This document shows, one piece after another, positions 11,201 through 24,242 of a DNA stretch of 64,000 nucleotides (position 1 is the first letter of the stretch; each line of letters begins with the position of its first letter). The position numbers and the translations under genes were made by a program. The DNA comes from Eledone cirrhosa (Eukaryota), in assembly GCA_964016885.1 (NCBI GenBank), contig OZ024740.1, forward strand, positions 384,958,001 to 385,022,000, given 5' to 3'. Under the pieces are notes generated by a model, which saw only the letters and a list, made by a program, of their open reading frames with translations, was not told where the DNA came from and made no database searches.

Positions 11201-13444
11201 TGTTTCTTCTATGTCACTCTCTCTCTCTCGCTCCTTCTCTGGAAGACATCGGGTGTGTTCCGACTTGGTGAAGATGTGTGTTTCACCAGGTTTGAGGTAC
11301 CCAAGGCACTTTGTATATCACTAAGGCACCTTTACGACTTCTCCCGGATTTATTCTTCTAATCATTTTATTTTAAATATTTTATCCCATCAACTTTAGTG
11401 TAAAGATTCGGATGAAGGCTCGAATCTAATTTGTTCTAAGCATTATATATGTTTGTTTTCCCCGATCATCTTAAGACTAATAATTCTTAACTATAAGTAG
11501 TTTCACTCTCTTTGTTCTACACTGAAAATCAAATACAAATGATGGGATGAAAACACCTACTTCATAAATACAAAACCAGAATCCTTAACTGAATTTGAAC
11601 TTCCACATTCTGCTTTGCGTTGCACAATAGATGAATTACTTCTACCATCATAAAATAACTCCATGACGTCTCTTAGGCATCTTCAAACTGGCAGAACTGA
11701 TTCCTTTTAAAAGAAATAAAGAGGAAGAGTCAACTCCAGTAATTAACTAATATTTATATATCGATCTTGAAAAGATGTTCGGCAAATAATTGAAATCATA
11801 GTGGAGTATGTCTGAATAAATACCGAGGTGATTATAATCCAACCCTGCCATTTCATCGCCTAACCTTCAAATGAAAGTTGTGCACTATTCTACAAAAAGA
11901 CAACAGTAGAAAAAATGATATATCCCACAGATGGTATATGTAAATGATACAAAAATACATCAATCTGAAACCGGAATTAAATATACGAAACAATTTGTCA
12001 CTTTTCGTGATATAAAATGTTTCACTGTTGATCAGTGATGAGACCTGGCTACTTTAAAGAAAAATTCTACGGTACAACAGATGTTGGTTTCGCCCTTATT
12101 GAGCAACGAAGTTCTTCTATTCCAGTTGTCAATGTTAACGTTTGCTCCCTCCTGGACCCCGGGGATACGCAAACTTTGTGCGTTCAGCTGCGCTTCCCAG
12201 AACTGACCGATGCCCTATCACCAGTCTTTTCGGCATTGGATGGTGACTGCAATATATTTTTCGAGTAGGACCCTCTGCCTAAGGCCCGAACGCCTCTCTT
12301 TTTATTCTATGTGAGGGACGATGCGTTATGAAATTCCTTGCTCACCAACAATTAAATGATATTAACAATAAAAGACAGTAAAAGAATATCGATAAGAGGT
12401 AAATATTTGGGAACTAATTCATTTCTATTATACCTTACTTTTTTCCAGCAAAGTTCAATCTGATGCTTCAGATGGAGACTATTATTAAACGTGTAGATAT
12501 ATAACTGTTGAAATGGTCTGCCTAGGGGCGTCTTCTACGTGCAAAATAGTAACGTGGACGCGAATACTCTTTTTGAAATGTTTAAATTCGGAAAATGTGA
12601 TGAATATCCTGAATTGAAAAGAAGCCTGCTGGCATACTTAATTATGTGTCAGAGATTCCTATTCCATCTGTGACACTGGGTTATATGTCTTAGTAAAAAT
12701 GTCAGTTAACTTTCAGTGGCACTTTCCACATTACTATAATGTATGCAGGTTACGTGAATACATTTCGTAGCTATAACTAATTGATTGCTGTTGCTTAATA
12801 ACATATAAGCCCCTATCAAGTCGACCTAAATATTTTAGCTTTGCGAATCCTCTTATTTTCAAAATCAGTGTACTTATGTCCACATAATCTACATTACCCA
12901 ATATGTCCTTCCTTTTATATGATGGTAGAGTGCGATTTTAAAGATATGCGGCTGCTAGTATGGTCGAATGACTTCGCAGAAGATTTTTCCTTGGCTATTG
13001 TATGTTTACTGCGTAGATGATGCGTATTGACCTTTTTGGGGCCTAGTAAAATTAGTATAACATTTTCATCATACAAGATTAAGTTATATATTGATGTCAG
13101 TACTAGTGTTATAAGAACCTCAGTTTCTTCTTTTGCTCTTAGTTTCATTTATGTCATTCTAGTGATGACATGGCCAACACAGATTCAATTATCCCATCAT
13201 TTAAAAATATTAAGCTTTGTGTTTCCCCACATATAAGAAAAGAGAACAATTATTCCGTGTATCTCCCAGACAGACAGCATATGAATAAAAATTATCCTAA
13301 GCAATGACCGGAACGAGATGGCACTAATAAGCTTAAACAAGTTAGGTAGCTTCAGGGTGCTGAATTTCAGTCATGTCAGTTATATCATTTGATATACTGA
13401 AGTATTACAATGACTCATTCACTCACGCGCATATGATACACATA

Positions 13445-13497
<53 letters not shown>

Positions 13498-14484
13498 TAC
13501 TTTATCTCTATTAGTGAAGACATTTTAAAGATAAAAAGAGAACATACATATATGGAGGAATCCGCACACACATACATACATACAAACCTTGATGTATGTA
13601 CCTCACAGCATTATAAAATTGAATTATATTACTTTGAGTTTTACATACAAATAAAGATAGTTCATTTATCAGTTATCAATCATAAGTAAATATGTAGTGG
13701 ATTCAACTGAAAAGACTATGCACTTGCTTCTTTAAAGGTGTTAGAGATCAATAATTTTTTTTTCTTTCTTTTCGTTTTATTGCTATTGTTTTTCGTTGTT
13801 TAGTCAAGGGCGGATGTCCAGTAATCGCTGCTTTATTCATTGTACTTACGACTGGTGTAAGGAAGGGAGGAATCTAGAACTAACGCGAATGCTTGTAAGA
13901 GATACGACTCCTCTCCGGTAACCTAAGTGCCAACTAGTTTTTACTAGTGTTAGGTGTAATAAGTCTACAAGCCAAGAATAAATAAATATACATTTCTGAC
14001 ACAGAGATGACATATTAAAAGCGTTTACAAACTATTCTATTCTGGAATAATACGGTTGCCGTCTTCATAAGACTGAAAGTAAATCATCAAATTAACTAAG
14101 GGTACTGCTCAACAATGATTTCAGCTGCGTTTAATATGAAAGTAAACTTCAGGATAAAACCTAGTCTAATGAAGGAAACTCCGAACATATACTCTAGACA
14201 TTTAAATGAATAAAATAAGGTATAAACAAATATCCTGGATAGACGTACAAGAAATACGGATATTAACCCTACGATCCACCAGGTGAGAGTCTCGCGTCTT
14301 AACCACTACGATATTTTATTTTGCATTTTTTATTTTTTGTTTGTTTTTTCTAATAAAGCCATTCTTCAATAATTTAAAGAAATAATCTGTATCAGTTTTA
14401 ACTCCATCGAAATAACAGTAAAAAAGGTATGAAATATAAATATCAATAATATTGTAATTGTCTTTGGAATACGAGAATACCCTC

Positions 14485-14962
14485 CATCAGGCATCTACCA
14501 TACTCTGAACGCCTTGCTTCCCTGGGCATGGGTACATTGAAGATTTGGCGTCTGGCAGCTGACTTGGTAAACACCCACAAATTTATTAATTATCTTGCCA
14601 ACAACCCTGAGTACCTTTGTGATTTCCCTATGTCTAACACACGTGGGCATGCCTACAAAGTCAGAAAATAGCACAGCTCCCATGATTTTCGGAAACATTT
14701 TTTCACGCTCAGAGTTGCTGAAGCATGGAACAAACTACCTGCATTAGTTGTTAGCTGTCGAGACACTCCATCCTTTAAAACCTCCATGCTTCCTGAGATT
14801 CGCCAACACTACACCTAATATTCCCCCTCCATACACACGCACACATGTATATCATGACTTATACACTATTCACTTCCCTGACATTTGTATATTATTCTAT
14901 GTACTATACATGCACCTTTGATGAGTTGTAGTGCACCTGAGCACTGTACACAATAATTTCAT
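14485..14962 (+). mobile_element. CR1-clade LINE 3' fragment
   Basis: Translates LPYSERLASLGMGTLKIWRLAADL...NTRGHAYKV..FRKHFFTLRVAEAWNKLP..VVS..SFK, the typical CR1 ORF2 C-terminus with one stop, followed by a 3' UTR. Confidence 0.9.
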
Positions 14963-16175
14963 TCAAGATGTTTACATAATGAATCTCAGAACAACACGTC
15001 TGAGGTGAGCTACGATAAGAAAGCAGAATGACAGATCTCTGTGCTGATCATAGGACATTCTATTGGTTTCCAGACAGTATGTGAAGTTCAACACAGATAC
15101 AGCATCGAAACTAGGAAAACAGTTAAAATGATCATGAATAAATGCTAATCAGGTACAGATAGCATGTAAGTATATCTGAAGTAATAAGTAACGTTCAAAC
15201 CCTCTGGTAAACTAATACTATACCGAACCAAAATATTCGCGGAGATAAATTCCATGAGAAAGAAATTAGAGAAAACAAAATTATCAGTTAGAAAGAGGTT
15301 GAAGCATTTACCGGTATATCCCCCTAACCTTACACGCAAACAGAGAAAGAATGCGTACACATGCATATGACGCACACTATAGAGAAATAAACTCCGATCG
15401 TAACCAAAGTACTTGCTGTAGTAGTATACAAAGAAATGTTAGGGTACTGCTGTTAATGTCTAAAACACACAGCAGTATTCTCTAATTTATCACGATTGCT
15501 ACAAGCATTAATTAAAACAAAAGTAACTACGAAAATTATATGCATTAAAGAAAATCACTCAACGTATAAAAATCAAAAAATAAATCTTAACTAAATACCA
15601 ACAAACAGAATATATACTGACAACAGCACTTTATATCACTTCTGTCTATCACAGAAAGTAAAACTAATCATCATATTATACAATATAACACGAAAGGTTT
15701 AAGCAATGTAATTAAAGAACTTAATTTTAATGACACATGTAACACCATGTATATTATTAATCAATTAGTAAAATGCAAACGTGTACAGAAAACACTACAA
15801 ATACTTGAAATATAATTGTTTCCGCAAGGCAGAGCTGATGAAAAGATAAAGACAAATAAGATGTATTAACACTACGACGAAAACATTAACAGAACAAACG
15901 GGACATAAACAGTACATTACGAGGCCATACACCAGAATAATATATACATATATATAGCATGCAACATCCTGCAGATTCTAGCGAACATTGCAAGCAAGAC
16001 ATTTTAAACTAAAAGCTGATCATCAACATATACATACATACACACACACTCACACTAACACACATACACACACACACACGCACACACACACACTCACATG
16101 TATATATACATACACATACACGCACACACACATGTATATGTGTGTGTTTGTGTGCGTCTACGTGAAAGTGTATGA

Positions 16176-16485
16176 AGGTGCATGGCTTAGTGGGTAGAAC
16201 GTCGGGCTTACAATCGTGATGTTGTGAGTTCGATTCTCGAATAGGAATTTGCGTGGTGTTCTTGAGCAAGACACTTCATTTCATGTTGGTCCAGTCCACT
16301 CAGCTGAAAAAATGAGTTGCGACGTCACTGAACAACATCGGTAGCGTTGAGAGAGAAGATGGTATACATGGGCGACTGCTGGTTTTCCACAAACAAACTT
16401 GCTCGGCCTTGTGCCTCGGAAGGGAACATTCTACGATCAAATCCCATTGTCATTCATGTCCGAAGGCGGTCTTTACCCATTACCC
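16176..16485 (+). mobile_element. tRNA-derived SINE of a second family (CORE-like central domain)
   Basis: A box tggcttagtgg, B box gagttcgattc, then gtgttcttgagcaagacactt..ccagtccactcagctg. Inserted among microsatellites. Confidence 0.8.
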
Positions 16486-16695
16486 ATATATATATATATA
16501 TATATACGTATGTGGGTCAGCGAGTATATATGCGTGTCTATGTGTCTCTATGTGTAACTGTGTGTGTGTGTGTGTGCGCGCGCAGGTGCAAATAGATTAT
16601 CACAAACTAAACTACACAGGCAGTTTGCAAATGTACACCCCAGATATAGCTGCATAAATCCCTATTGAGTTCATTCATCCACACACACACACACG

Positions 16696-16764
<69 letters not shown>

Positions 16765-16771
<7 letters not shown>

Positions 16772-17118
16772 AGTATGCATACGTACATACATATATGTAT
16801 ACAAACGTACAGTAGTATGTATATATATACATACATGCACACATAAATATATGTACGTATGGGTTTACCGAACATTTGTTATAATGCTCGGTTTGTTTGT
16901 AAACAAACAGCCCGATTTAAGCAGTACAGTGTTTAGCAACCATCGTTCAACACTGACAAAGGAACGACGTACTAGTTTCAAGCTTATTATCTATCGTCAG
17001 CTCCAGATGATTGAACGTCTGAAAGTATATGCTTTCCTTATGCATATTAACGGCTGAGCAGCCTAATTTGCATATCGAGTGAGTTAGTCGGCCGGGCGCA
17101 CCGAAAACGATAAATGGA
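16765..17118 (-). mobile_element. Dispersed copy of the hammerhead-containing non-coding repeat (family C)
   Basis: Reverse-complement homology to 52150-52566. Minus strand CTGACGA-tagataataagctt-GAAA-ctag-TA at about 16965-17000; helix I is broken by an upstream deletion. Flanked by (TA)n. Confidence 0.8.
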
Positions 17119-17140
17119 AAAAAAAAAAAAAAAAAAAAAA

Positions 17141-17254
<114 letters not shown>

Positions 17255-17394
17255 ACATATGTATAATATATATATATTTATATCAGGTTCATACACATAT
17301 TATATATAGACACATACATATGGCCCTCCCCGCAAAATTAGCTTCCTTCTTAGATAATATGTAACACTACCATGAAACAATTATGTTAGGCAAT

Positions 17395-17585
17395 GGCGGT
17401 GGATTGGCAGTATCGGTAGAGGGTCGGACGCCATGCTTTAACGCATAGAGTTACGGCTCTTGCCATTCTGCGTTCAAATCCCGCCGAGGTTAACTTTGCC
17501 TTTCATCCTTACGGGCTCGATAAAATAAAGTACCAGTAATGCACTGGGTATTTGCGGGCCTTGTGCCAAAAGTAGAAACAATTAT
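17395..17585 (+). mobile_element. Full-length tRNA-derived SINE with a 20-bp flanking direct repeat
   Basis: A box TGGCAGTATCGG, B box GTTCAAATCC, conserved central domain. gaaacaattatgttaggcaa occurs at 17374-17393 and 17575-17594. Confidence 0.93.
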
Positions 17586-17707
17586 GTTAGGCAAATTCAA
17601 TGTCCATAATTCACATGGGTACATATAAAACATCGATTTCACTAGAAACGACAATATTGATTTTCACTTACACTGACTCCCCTTCTCTCCTTTCTTTTTT
17701 GGTATAT

Positions 17708-18090
17708 ATATATAATCAAGGTTTAGTAAATAAGAAAAAGTTTCTAAATAAATTTCAAAAAATTCACTGTACTCACAATGGTTATCTTTACCTTTACTGC
17801 TTCTATCTTTACACACGGCACTGGACAGAATTGCTTCCACATCATTCATTCTCATCTCGGGAACAATTTTGAATAGCGCCAGTTCGTAATTTGAACTCGG
17901 GAATTTTATATTCTCCGAGTGAAAAGAGCCTTCTGACGAGAGTTTATCTTTTCAATGGAAGGCCGCAAGGACTGTCCATTTATTTTTGTGACTCGAAACC
18001 GATTCGTTAAAGGTAACCATAGTGAGTACGGTGAATGTTTTGAAATTTATTTTGAAACTTTTTCTTATTTGCTAAACCTAGATTATATAT
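17708..18090 (+). mobile_element. 383-bp ORF-less element with 83-bp terminal inverted repeats and an internal hammerhead
   Basis: Arms 17708-17790 and 18008-18090 differ at 7 positions by my alignment. TA runs at both ends. Confidence 0.8.
17928..18014 (+). ncRNA. Type I hammerhead ribozyme with an extended helix II
   Basis: Helix I gcctt/aaggt, CTGACGA 17933-17939, helix II gagt/actc, aatgga/tccatt and cc-GCAA-gg cap, GAAA 17995-17998, helix III with one mismatch, TA 18008-18009. Confidence 0.8.
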
Positions 18091-19093
18091 GTTCTGCCCA
18101 AGTAAACACCCCAACCATCGATTACCTGTACTAGATACAGAGCTCTGGTTAGATAACATTAACAACAAAAAACAAATCCTCCATTCCCATTATACCAAAC
18201 CCATGATTTCCAAACATCTGATCCACCGAAACTCGGCCGTTTCGGACCATACCAAAATCAACATACTGATTGCGGATTTGGTACGGGTGATGAGAAACGT
18301 GTCCCGCATGTGCAACCCCGAAGAACTGGAGAGACACATACAACACTTCATCCACCGTATGCAGTTCTCTGGCTACAATCAGAGAGATAAAATCAGAGTG
18401 TATAGAGGAGCCAGAACCAAATGGGAAAAAATGGTAAATAATGACATAAATGGGACCTGCCCCTTGTATAGGAGCAAATTTTGGAATAGAATAGAAAGAA
18501 CTAGGAACAAGGCTAATAGAATAAACTCATGGTATGGTAGCAATAAATACCAGAGTGTAATGTTCATCGATACAACCCCTAGAGGTGAATTAGCTTACAA
18601 ATTTAGAAGGGCCCTAAATAAACATAAACTCAATATTAAGATAGTAGAAAGACCAGGTACCTCCGGAAAAACACTTATTAGCAAGACATACCCTTTTCAA
18701 AGACCCTCATGTATAGATAAGAAATGTATAACCTGTAAAATAAGCCAGAATATTAACTGTAAAACTAGAAATGTAGTGTATAGCATAAGATGTACTGAAG
18801 GACAATGTAGAGACAAAAATATAGTGTACATAGGTGAGTTAGCTCGTAGTGTAGGGGAACGGATAAATGAACACTGGCGAGACCTTCAAGATAGTAAAGA
18901 ATCATCTGTACTCTACCAACATGCTAAAATAGAACACAAGGGTAAATTAGAGAACATAGAAATAAAAATAGAATCTACACACAGAAAAGACGCAATGTTT
19001 AGACAAATTACAGAGGCAATAAACATAAAAGAATTACAACCAAAATTAAATAGAAAATATGAGTGGAACAGCAACATCACAACTTACAATTAA
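18089..19093 (+). CDS. 5'-truncated Penelope-like polyprotein: RT C-terminus/thumb, Cys-rich linker and GIY-YIG endonuclease
   Basis: 334 open codons: LPVLDTELW, HYTKPM..IHRNSA, RMQFSGY, CIDKKCITC..C linker, NVVYSIRC..C..VYIGELARSVGERINEH, RQITEA..I..P.LN. The ATG derives from the preceding TA run, so it is not a true start. Confidence 0.92.
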   Translation: MFCPSKHPNHRLPVLDTELWLDNINNKKQILHSHYTKPMISKHLIHRNSAVSDHTKINILIADLVRVMRNVSRMCNPEELERHIQHFIHRMQFSGYNQRDKIRVYRGARTKWEKMVNNDINGTCPLYRSKFWNRIERTRNKANRINSWYGSNKYQSVMFIDTTPRGELAYKFRRALNKHKLNIKIVERPGTSGKTLISKTYPFQRPSCIDKKCITCKISQNINCKTRNVVYSIRCTEGQCRDKNIVYIGELARSVGERINEHWRDLQDSKESSVLYQHAKIEHKGKLENIEIKIESTHRKDAMFRQITEAINIKELQPKLNRKYEWNSNITTYN

Positions 19094-19546
19094 GGACAAA
19101 ATGAAAACACACACACACATAGAACAAACAACCAACCAGTAACATGTAAATAAACAAATAAATAAATGAACATAAACACACACAGACACCCGGATGTGGC
19201 CCATGCGCGGACTGAGCACACAACACACACAGAAACAAAATGGCGTAGGACAGAACAAAGGAGAGGTACAGAAACAAAGAAAGGAATCCCCAGTCACTGA
19301 AGAGGTCACAGAGTGTGTGACGAAAGAACTATGACAATATATAAACAACTATCTGGTTGTGGAACCAACCAACCAACCAGAAATTTATAAATTTATAAAT
19401 TTATTATAAATTTATTATAATAAATTGAAGTGAAAGGAACTGGTGCGTGTGTTTCTTATTGGCAACATGACCCTCCCAAAGTATAACAATATCGGTTTCA
19501 ACACACGATTTCAGATAAAGAATCTTGCTAAACAAATTCAGAAACG
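18091..19546 (+). mobile_element. Penelope-like element, 5'-truncated, with 3' pLTR-like region, bounded by (TA)n
   Basis: ORF above, followed by about 450 bp containing a hammerhead and ending at the TA run at 19547. Confidence 0.85.
19293..19335 (+). ncRNA. Minimal type I hammerhead ribozyme in the PLE 3' region
   Basis: gtca-CTGAAGA-g-gtcaca-gagtg-tgtgac-GAAA-gaac-TA-tgac. Helix I gtca/tgac, 6-bp helix II. Confidence 0.85.
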
Positions 19547-19586
19547 ATATATATATATAATATATATATATAAACATATACATACA

Positions 19587-19640
<54 letters not shown>

Positions 19641-19862
19641 TAAATCCACCAATTAATGGTAGAGTCCAAGCCGTATGAATAACTCAATGTAATCCGTATG
19701 TAGAAGAGGTCGTGAAAAAAAGTTTAAAATACAAAATTTCAACGATAATTCATTGGAAGCAGAGTGAAAATAATACAAATAGTGAAAACAATGAAATCAA
19801 ACAAAATACGGGTAATTCATTGTTTTCACTATTTGTATTATATATATATATAAATATGTATG

Positions 19863-19945
<83 letters not shown>

Positions 19946-20463
19946 CCTTAAACACTTTTCGTGGAAAATTGTCCATTGCTTTTCAAGATCACAGGGAAAC
20001 AGGTGATATCCAGCACGTTCCTAATCGATCAGTCAGTTATCTCTGAGTCCATGAGTATTCTAAATCATGACTTCTCACAACAAAGTCTTCCCACAACAAA
20101 TACAGCTGAATTATTATTGTTTTTGTCTTCTTCATCTTGTTGTCATTAGAAATATCAGGCTATTGATTGACAGATTCGTTAGAGCAGGAAGAAATAACCC
20201 TCGGCATTTGTTCCAGCTCTTAAGTTCTAAGAACAAATTAAACGGCGGTCAACTTAAATTCTTCCAGAGTCGATAAAATTAAGTATTAGTCAAGTATTAG
20301 AATCGATAATGTCATATCTCTCCCTTCTCTCAAATTAGAAACAATTATTTTTTGGATGTCAGGTTGATCTCAAGTATTTACTTCAACTCTGGATGTGAAG
20401 TAGATCTTGACTTGGATTTAACAAGGATTTTTCCAGAAAATGAATAACATTTTTGCACACACA

Positions 20464-20595
<132 letters not shown>

Positions 20596-20605
20596 TATAT
20601 ATATG

Positions 20606-20641
<36 letters not shown>

Positions 20642-20721
20642 AGGTAAACAGAAATATCAACACAATCGGTACAATATATGGAAGGAATATATTAGGTTAA
20701 CGCTTGGAATATCAGGAAGAG

Positions 20722-20758
20722 GGTTTATTGTTTCGGACGCTAGTCCTTCATCAGAAGA
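20722..20758 (-). ncRNA. Hammerhead core with weak helices I and III (PLE tail remnant)
   Basis: Minus strand: tt-CTGATGA-a-ggac-tagc-gtcc-GAAA-caa-TA-aa. Core and helix II are clear; helix I is only 2 bp. Confidence 0.55.
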
Positions 20759-21240
20759 AAGAATGAAAAATAGGATAGATTGAAGAGACGGGTGGGGAGA
20801 AATTGGAAAAAATATATTTAGATAAAAATAACAGGGCTATTCATATTGCCATATCTTGGAAAACGGTTTCGCTTCTTTATCGATGAAATTACTGAACATT
20901 GCTACAAACGATCTTGGTATCTCAGGGAAGTATATGATATTTGTTAAACTAGTAAAAATATGGATTCGTGCAAACTGGTGGGTTCTAAGTCGTCCATAGC
21001 TAGGTAACTAAGTATTTTTTTATGTTTTTAATATTGTATCTTGTATTAATTACTGTGCTTTGTAACGTTATTGGCAGCATAACTTTGTCAAAGCAAAACA
21101 ATAAATTTCTACTTATTTCTTATCATATTAAATTTCAATATCTATTGTACATTAGAATTGATATAGATTTGTCTAACTCCACATATATTGTAACCCCTTG
21201 TTAATCACATTTATTGTAATATATCTTTGAAGTCTTGAGG

Positions 21241-21314
21241 ATTATTATTATTGTTTATTGTTATTATTATCATTATTATTCTTATTCTTATTCTTATTCT
21301 TATTCTTCTTCTTC

Positions 21315-21355
<41 letters not shown>

Positions 21356-21410
21356 AATAATAATAACAACAACAACAACAACAACGACAACAATAATAAT
21401 AATAATAATA

Positions 21411-21474
<64 letters not shown>
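21241..21474. repeat. Compound (TTA)n / (AAT)n / (AAC)n microsatellite
   Basis: Seen directly; polarity flips from TTA to AAT near 21352. Confidence 0.95.
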
Positions 21475-21475
<1 letters not shown>

Positions 21476-21655
21476 TGTTTCTACTTTAGGCACAAGGCCA
21501 GCAATTACCCAGTGCATTACTGGTACTTTATTTTATCGACCCCGTAAGGATGAAACGCAAAGTCAACCTCGGCTGGATTTGAACTCAGATCGTAAAGGGA
21601 CGTATCTATGCTGGAAAGCATGGCGTCCGACCCTCTACCGATACTGCCAGTCCAC
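21475..21655 (-). mobile_element. tRNA-derived SINE
   Basis: Reverse complement of the 17395 family, embedded in (AAT)n. Confidence 0.9.
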
Positions 21656-21789
21656 TAATAATAATAATAATAATAATTCGTTTCTTCATCAATGTTTATG
21701 CAAAAAGCTCCGTAGGTTTGTTGTTTATTCACATTGTTGTATAACGTTTTTGTCGGTCATTTGATATTGCTTTGTGATTAAATTAGCCA

Positions 21790-24010
21790 GAATCCTGGTG
21801 AGTCGGTTGGTTTCCTTCTATCTGTAGCACTTAAGGGTTACATATGTGTTTATATGCGGCCTTCAGATTTTCGAAAACAATCACAGAACGACCAAAGTTC
21901 AGCACGTTCAACAAGTTCAACAGACAAAGACAACAGCAACAACAAAAACAAAAATAACAACAATACCAAACCACGGGATATAAACAAAATTATGAAAGTG
22001 ATTTCCTTCAATGGAAAATATTGATACCGCTGCCAGAACAGAAAAAAAAAAAATTAAAACAACACAATTATCAACAATTCAAGTATCAACAACGCCACCA
22101 CCACCTAAACTACTATCACCAAAACCACAAGCATCACAACAACAGGAATTATAACAAAAAAATCAACAAAAATTGATAGCATAACAATGACATCACAAAT
22201 GATGACAACAACATGAACAACAGCATGAACAACAAGACCAATACATTTGCAGCAAAATTTGTAAAAGCGATAAAGCTGTTCAGTGTGGAGAAAAAATGAA
22301 AAAGTATCTTCTTTGGCACCAGTGTCCAAACTTATCAAATTACAAAGACAAAATGGCCGGAGGGAGCGGCTCAAGTAGAAGTAGAAATAACACCGAAAGA
22401 GATAACTCTTTCTACTTATGGCACAGGGCCAGCAATTAACCAGTGCATTACTAGTACTTTATTTTATCGACCCCGTAAGGATGAAAGGCAAAGTTAACCT
22501 TGGCAGGATTTGAACTCAGAATGGCAAGGGCCGTAACTCTATGCGTCAAAGCATTGCGTCCGACCCTCTATCGATACTGCCAATCCGCCGAAAGAGATAA
22601 TGCTGGACATCCAGCATATCACGAGAATCAAGTAATTTGGAAACATTTTGGTGCTCTTTAAAACTAAAGACCTGACTGTTAAACACTTTGTGGTGCCTGT
22701 CAAAGAGAACAATACGACCTTTATCTGTCGTATTTCGGAAGAAGAAAGCTGAAAATCAGTATTTCGGGAATACCACTAGAGTTGGATATTTACTGGATCT
22801 TGGCCTGTGTGGTTCTAGTGGGTAGTAACACTTTCTTCGAACTGTAATTAAACTGGCAATTAAACTGATCAGGGTTCACTGAGGAGCTGCTCAGCATATG
22901 GGGACGACTTCATCGTGATGTTACCGAATACCTCGGAAACCGATGTGGTCAGCATCTCTCTTCGATGAATACGAAACGGTGACGGGAGCAATGATGTCAT
23001 GCACCAGTTTGCCTCTCACCAGGCTGGAGCACCTGTTCTTTCACTTCTATATGAAGGGGCAGATTCCATCAGTCAGGCGCTCCATCTACTACCAATAATC
23101 TTTGCAGTGGAGGTTCGGCATGACATGGCTGATGATGCGCAAATATGGCATCAGAAATGTTGTTGGGTGCTCACAGCCCTCAAGCAATCGAGCAATACGG
23201 TTAGTGGAAATTCCACGATAGCGTTCCTTGGGGGCTTAGTGCCGGAAAGATGCGTCGGCGTTCTTAGAGAAACTCTGAAGTTGACGAAAACGAAATAACC
23301 AATCTGTTATAGAACGCTTTCCTTTAGGGGACTATGGACAATTTCTATAATACCTGACATGACAATGTGACCGAAGGACACTGACAGTTCGCGACATACT
23401 ACTGTAAGATGGACACGTTCGATCTGAGTGCAGAGCGATGGAACGCACTCGTCCAATGGAGTTTTGGCGAACATGTAGGACGAATCCGGCTATCGACCTA
23501 CTCACCGCCTTCTTTTGGCAGGAAAGGGCAGGCAGTTTTCTTCTGTATGGTGGGTGAGGCGAAAACGATTTGGTGGTAGCTGCGACTAAAAAGATGACTG
23601 AAGATAAACACTTTTCTCTTCGGCCAAACCCTCATCAAATTTTTCAAGTTCCCCTTGGAAACAAAGGGGAGGGTGGATATAGTGCCCCCCGGCCCCCAGT
23701 CCATTTGTTTGTTAGTTGCGATGATTGCCCGAGTGAATGAGCCTACTCTGGGCATGCGCCTGTAGAACTGGAGAGCCCAGAGTGGAGAAGGGCACATTAC
23801 TATGATGTTCTTATATAATCAGCAGGCTTTCAGATCCGTGGAGTTCCAAAATTACCCCTTCTATTCCGTTATTGTAAATCTAGTATTGTGTTACCTGTTT
23901 CGTTGCTGTTAACTCGTATCAATGTAAATCCCCTCTGTTCTTTTTCATTTGTATTGTTATTTAGGTTTCAACCATTCTAGCCAATAAAGAAAGGATTATT
24001 ATGATTATTT
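21790..24010 (+). mobile_element. Heavily deleted Tx1-type LINE copy interrupted by a SINE
   Basis: 22920-22995, 23027-23155 and 23500-23650 align by eye to 44110-44180, 44470-44615 and 45165-45320. CAA-rich ORF1-like segment upstream; ends aataaagaaaggattatt. The 5' boundary is approximate. Confidence 0.75.
22408..22590 (-). mobile_element. tRNA-derived SINE with target-site duplication
   Basis: Same family as 17395. ccgaaagagataa occurs on both sides (22392 and 22588). Confidence 0.9.
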
Positions 24011-24022
24011 ATGAGATATTGA

Positions 24023-24242
24023 GGCTGGTGGATTGGCAGAGTTTTTAGAGTGTTAGACAACTTGCTGTGTGTCATATATTTACCGTCGTTTACGTTCCGA
24101 GTTAAAATCTAGCCGAGTTTAGCTTTACCTGACAACCTTTCGGGGTCACTAATACAAAGTAACAGTAACGCACAGGATTCAATTTAGTCGACGTCCCCTT
24201 CCCCAGAATCGTTGGCTGTGTACTTAAATCAGAAACCATTAT
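24023..24242 (+). mobile_element. Degenerate tRNA-derived SINE
   Basis: ggtggattggcag head and accttt-cggggtc central domain; tgagatatt on both sides. Confidence 0.7.

Noticed and set aside
11404-11427. agattcg-gatgaaggct-cgaatct as a hammerhead
   Set aside because: Only a 7-bp hairpin; neither CUGANGA nor GAAA is intact.
12590-12705. Resemblance to a hAT C-terminal dimerisation region (DEYPELK...)
   Set aside because: Too short and frameshifted to support.
16176-16250. tRNA gene (also 25525-25590)
   Set aside because: A and B boxes are present, but there is no complete cloverleaf and the 16176 copy runs into SINE body sequence; these are SINE heads.
21211-21764. Poly-I, poly-N and poly-L ORFs resembling membrane proteins
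   Set aside because: Trinucleotide microsatellite plus SINE sequence.
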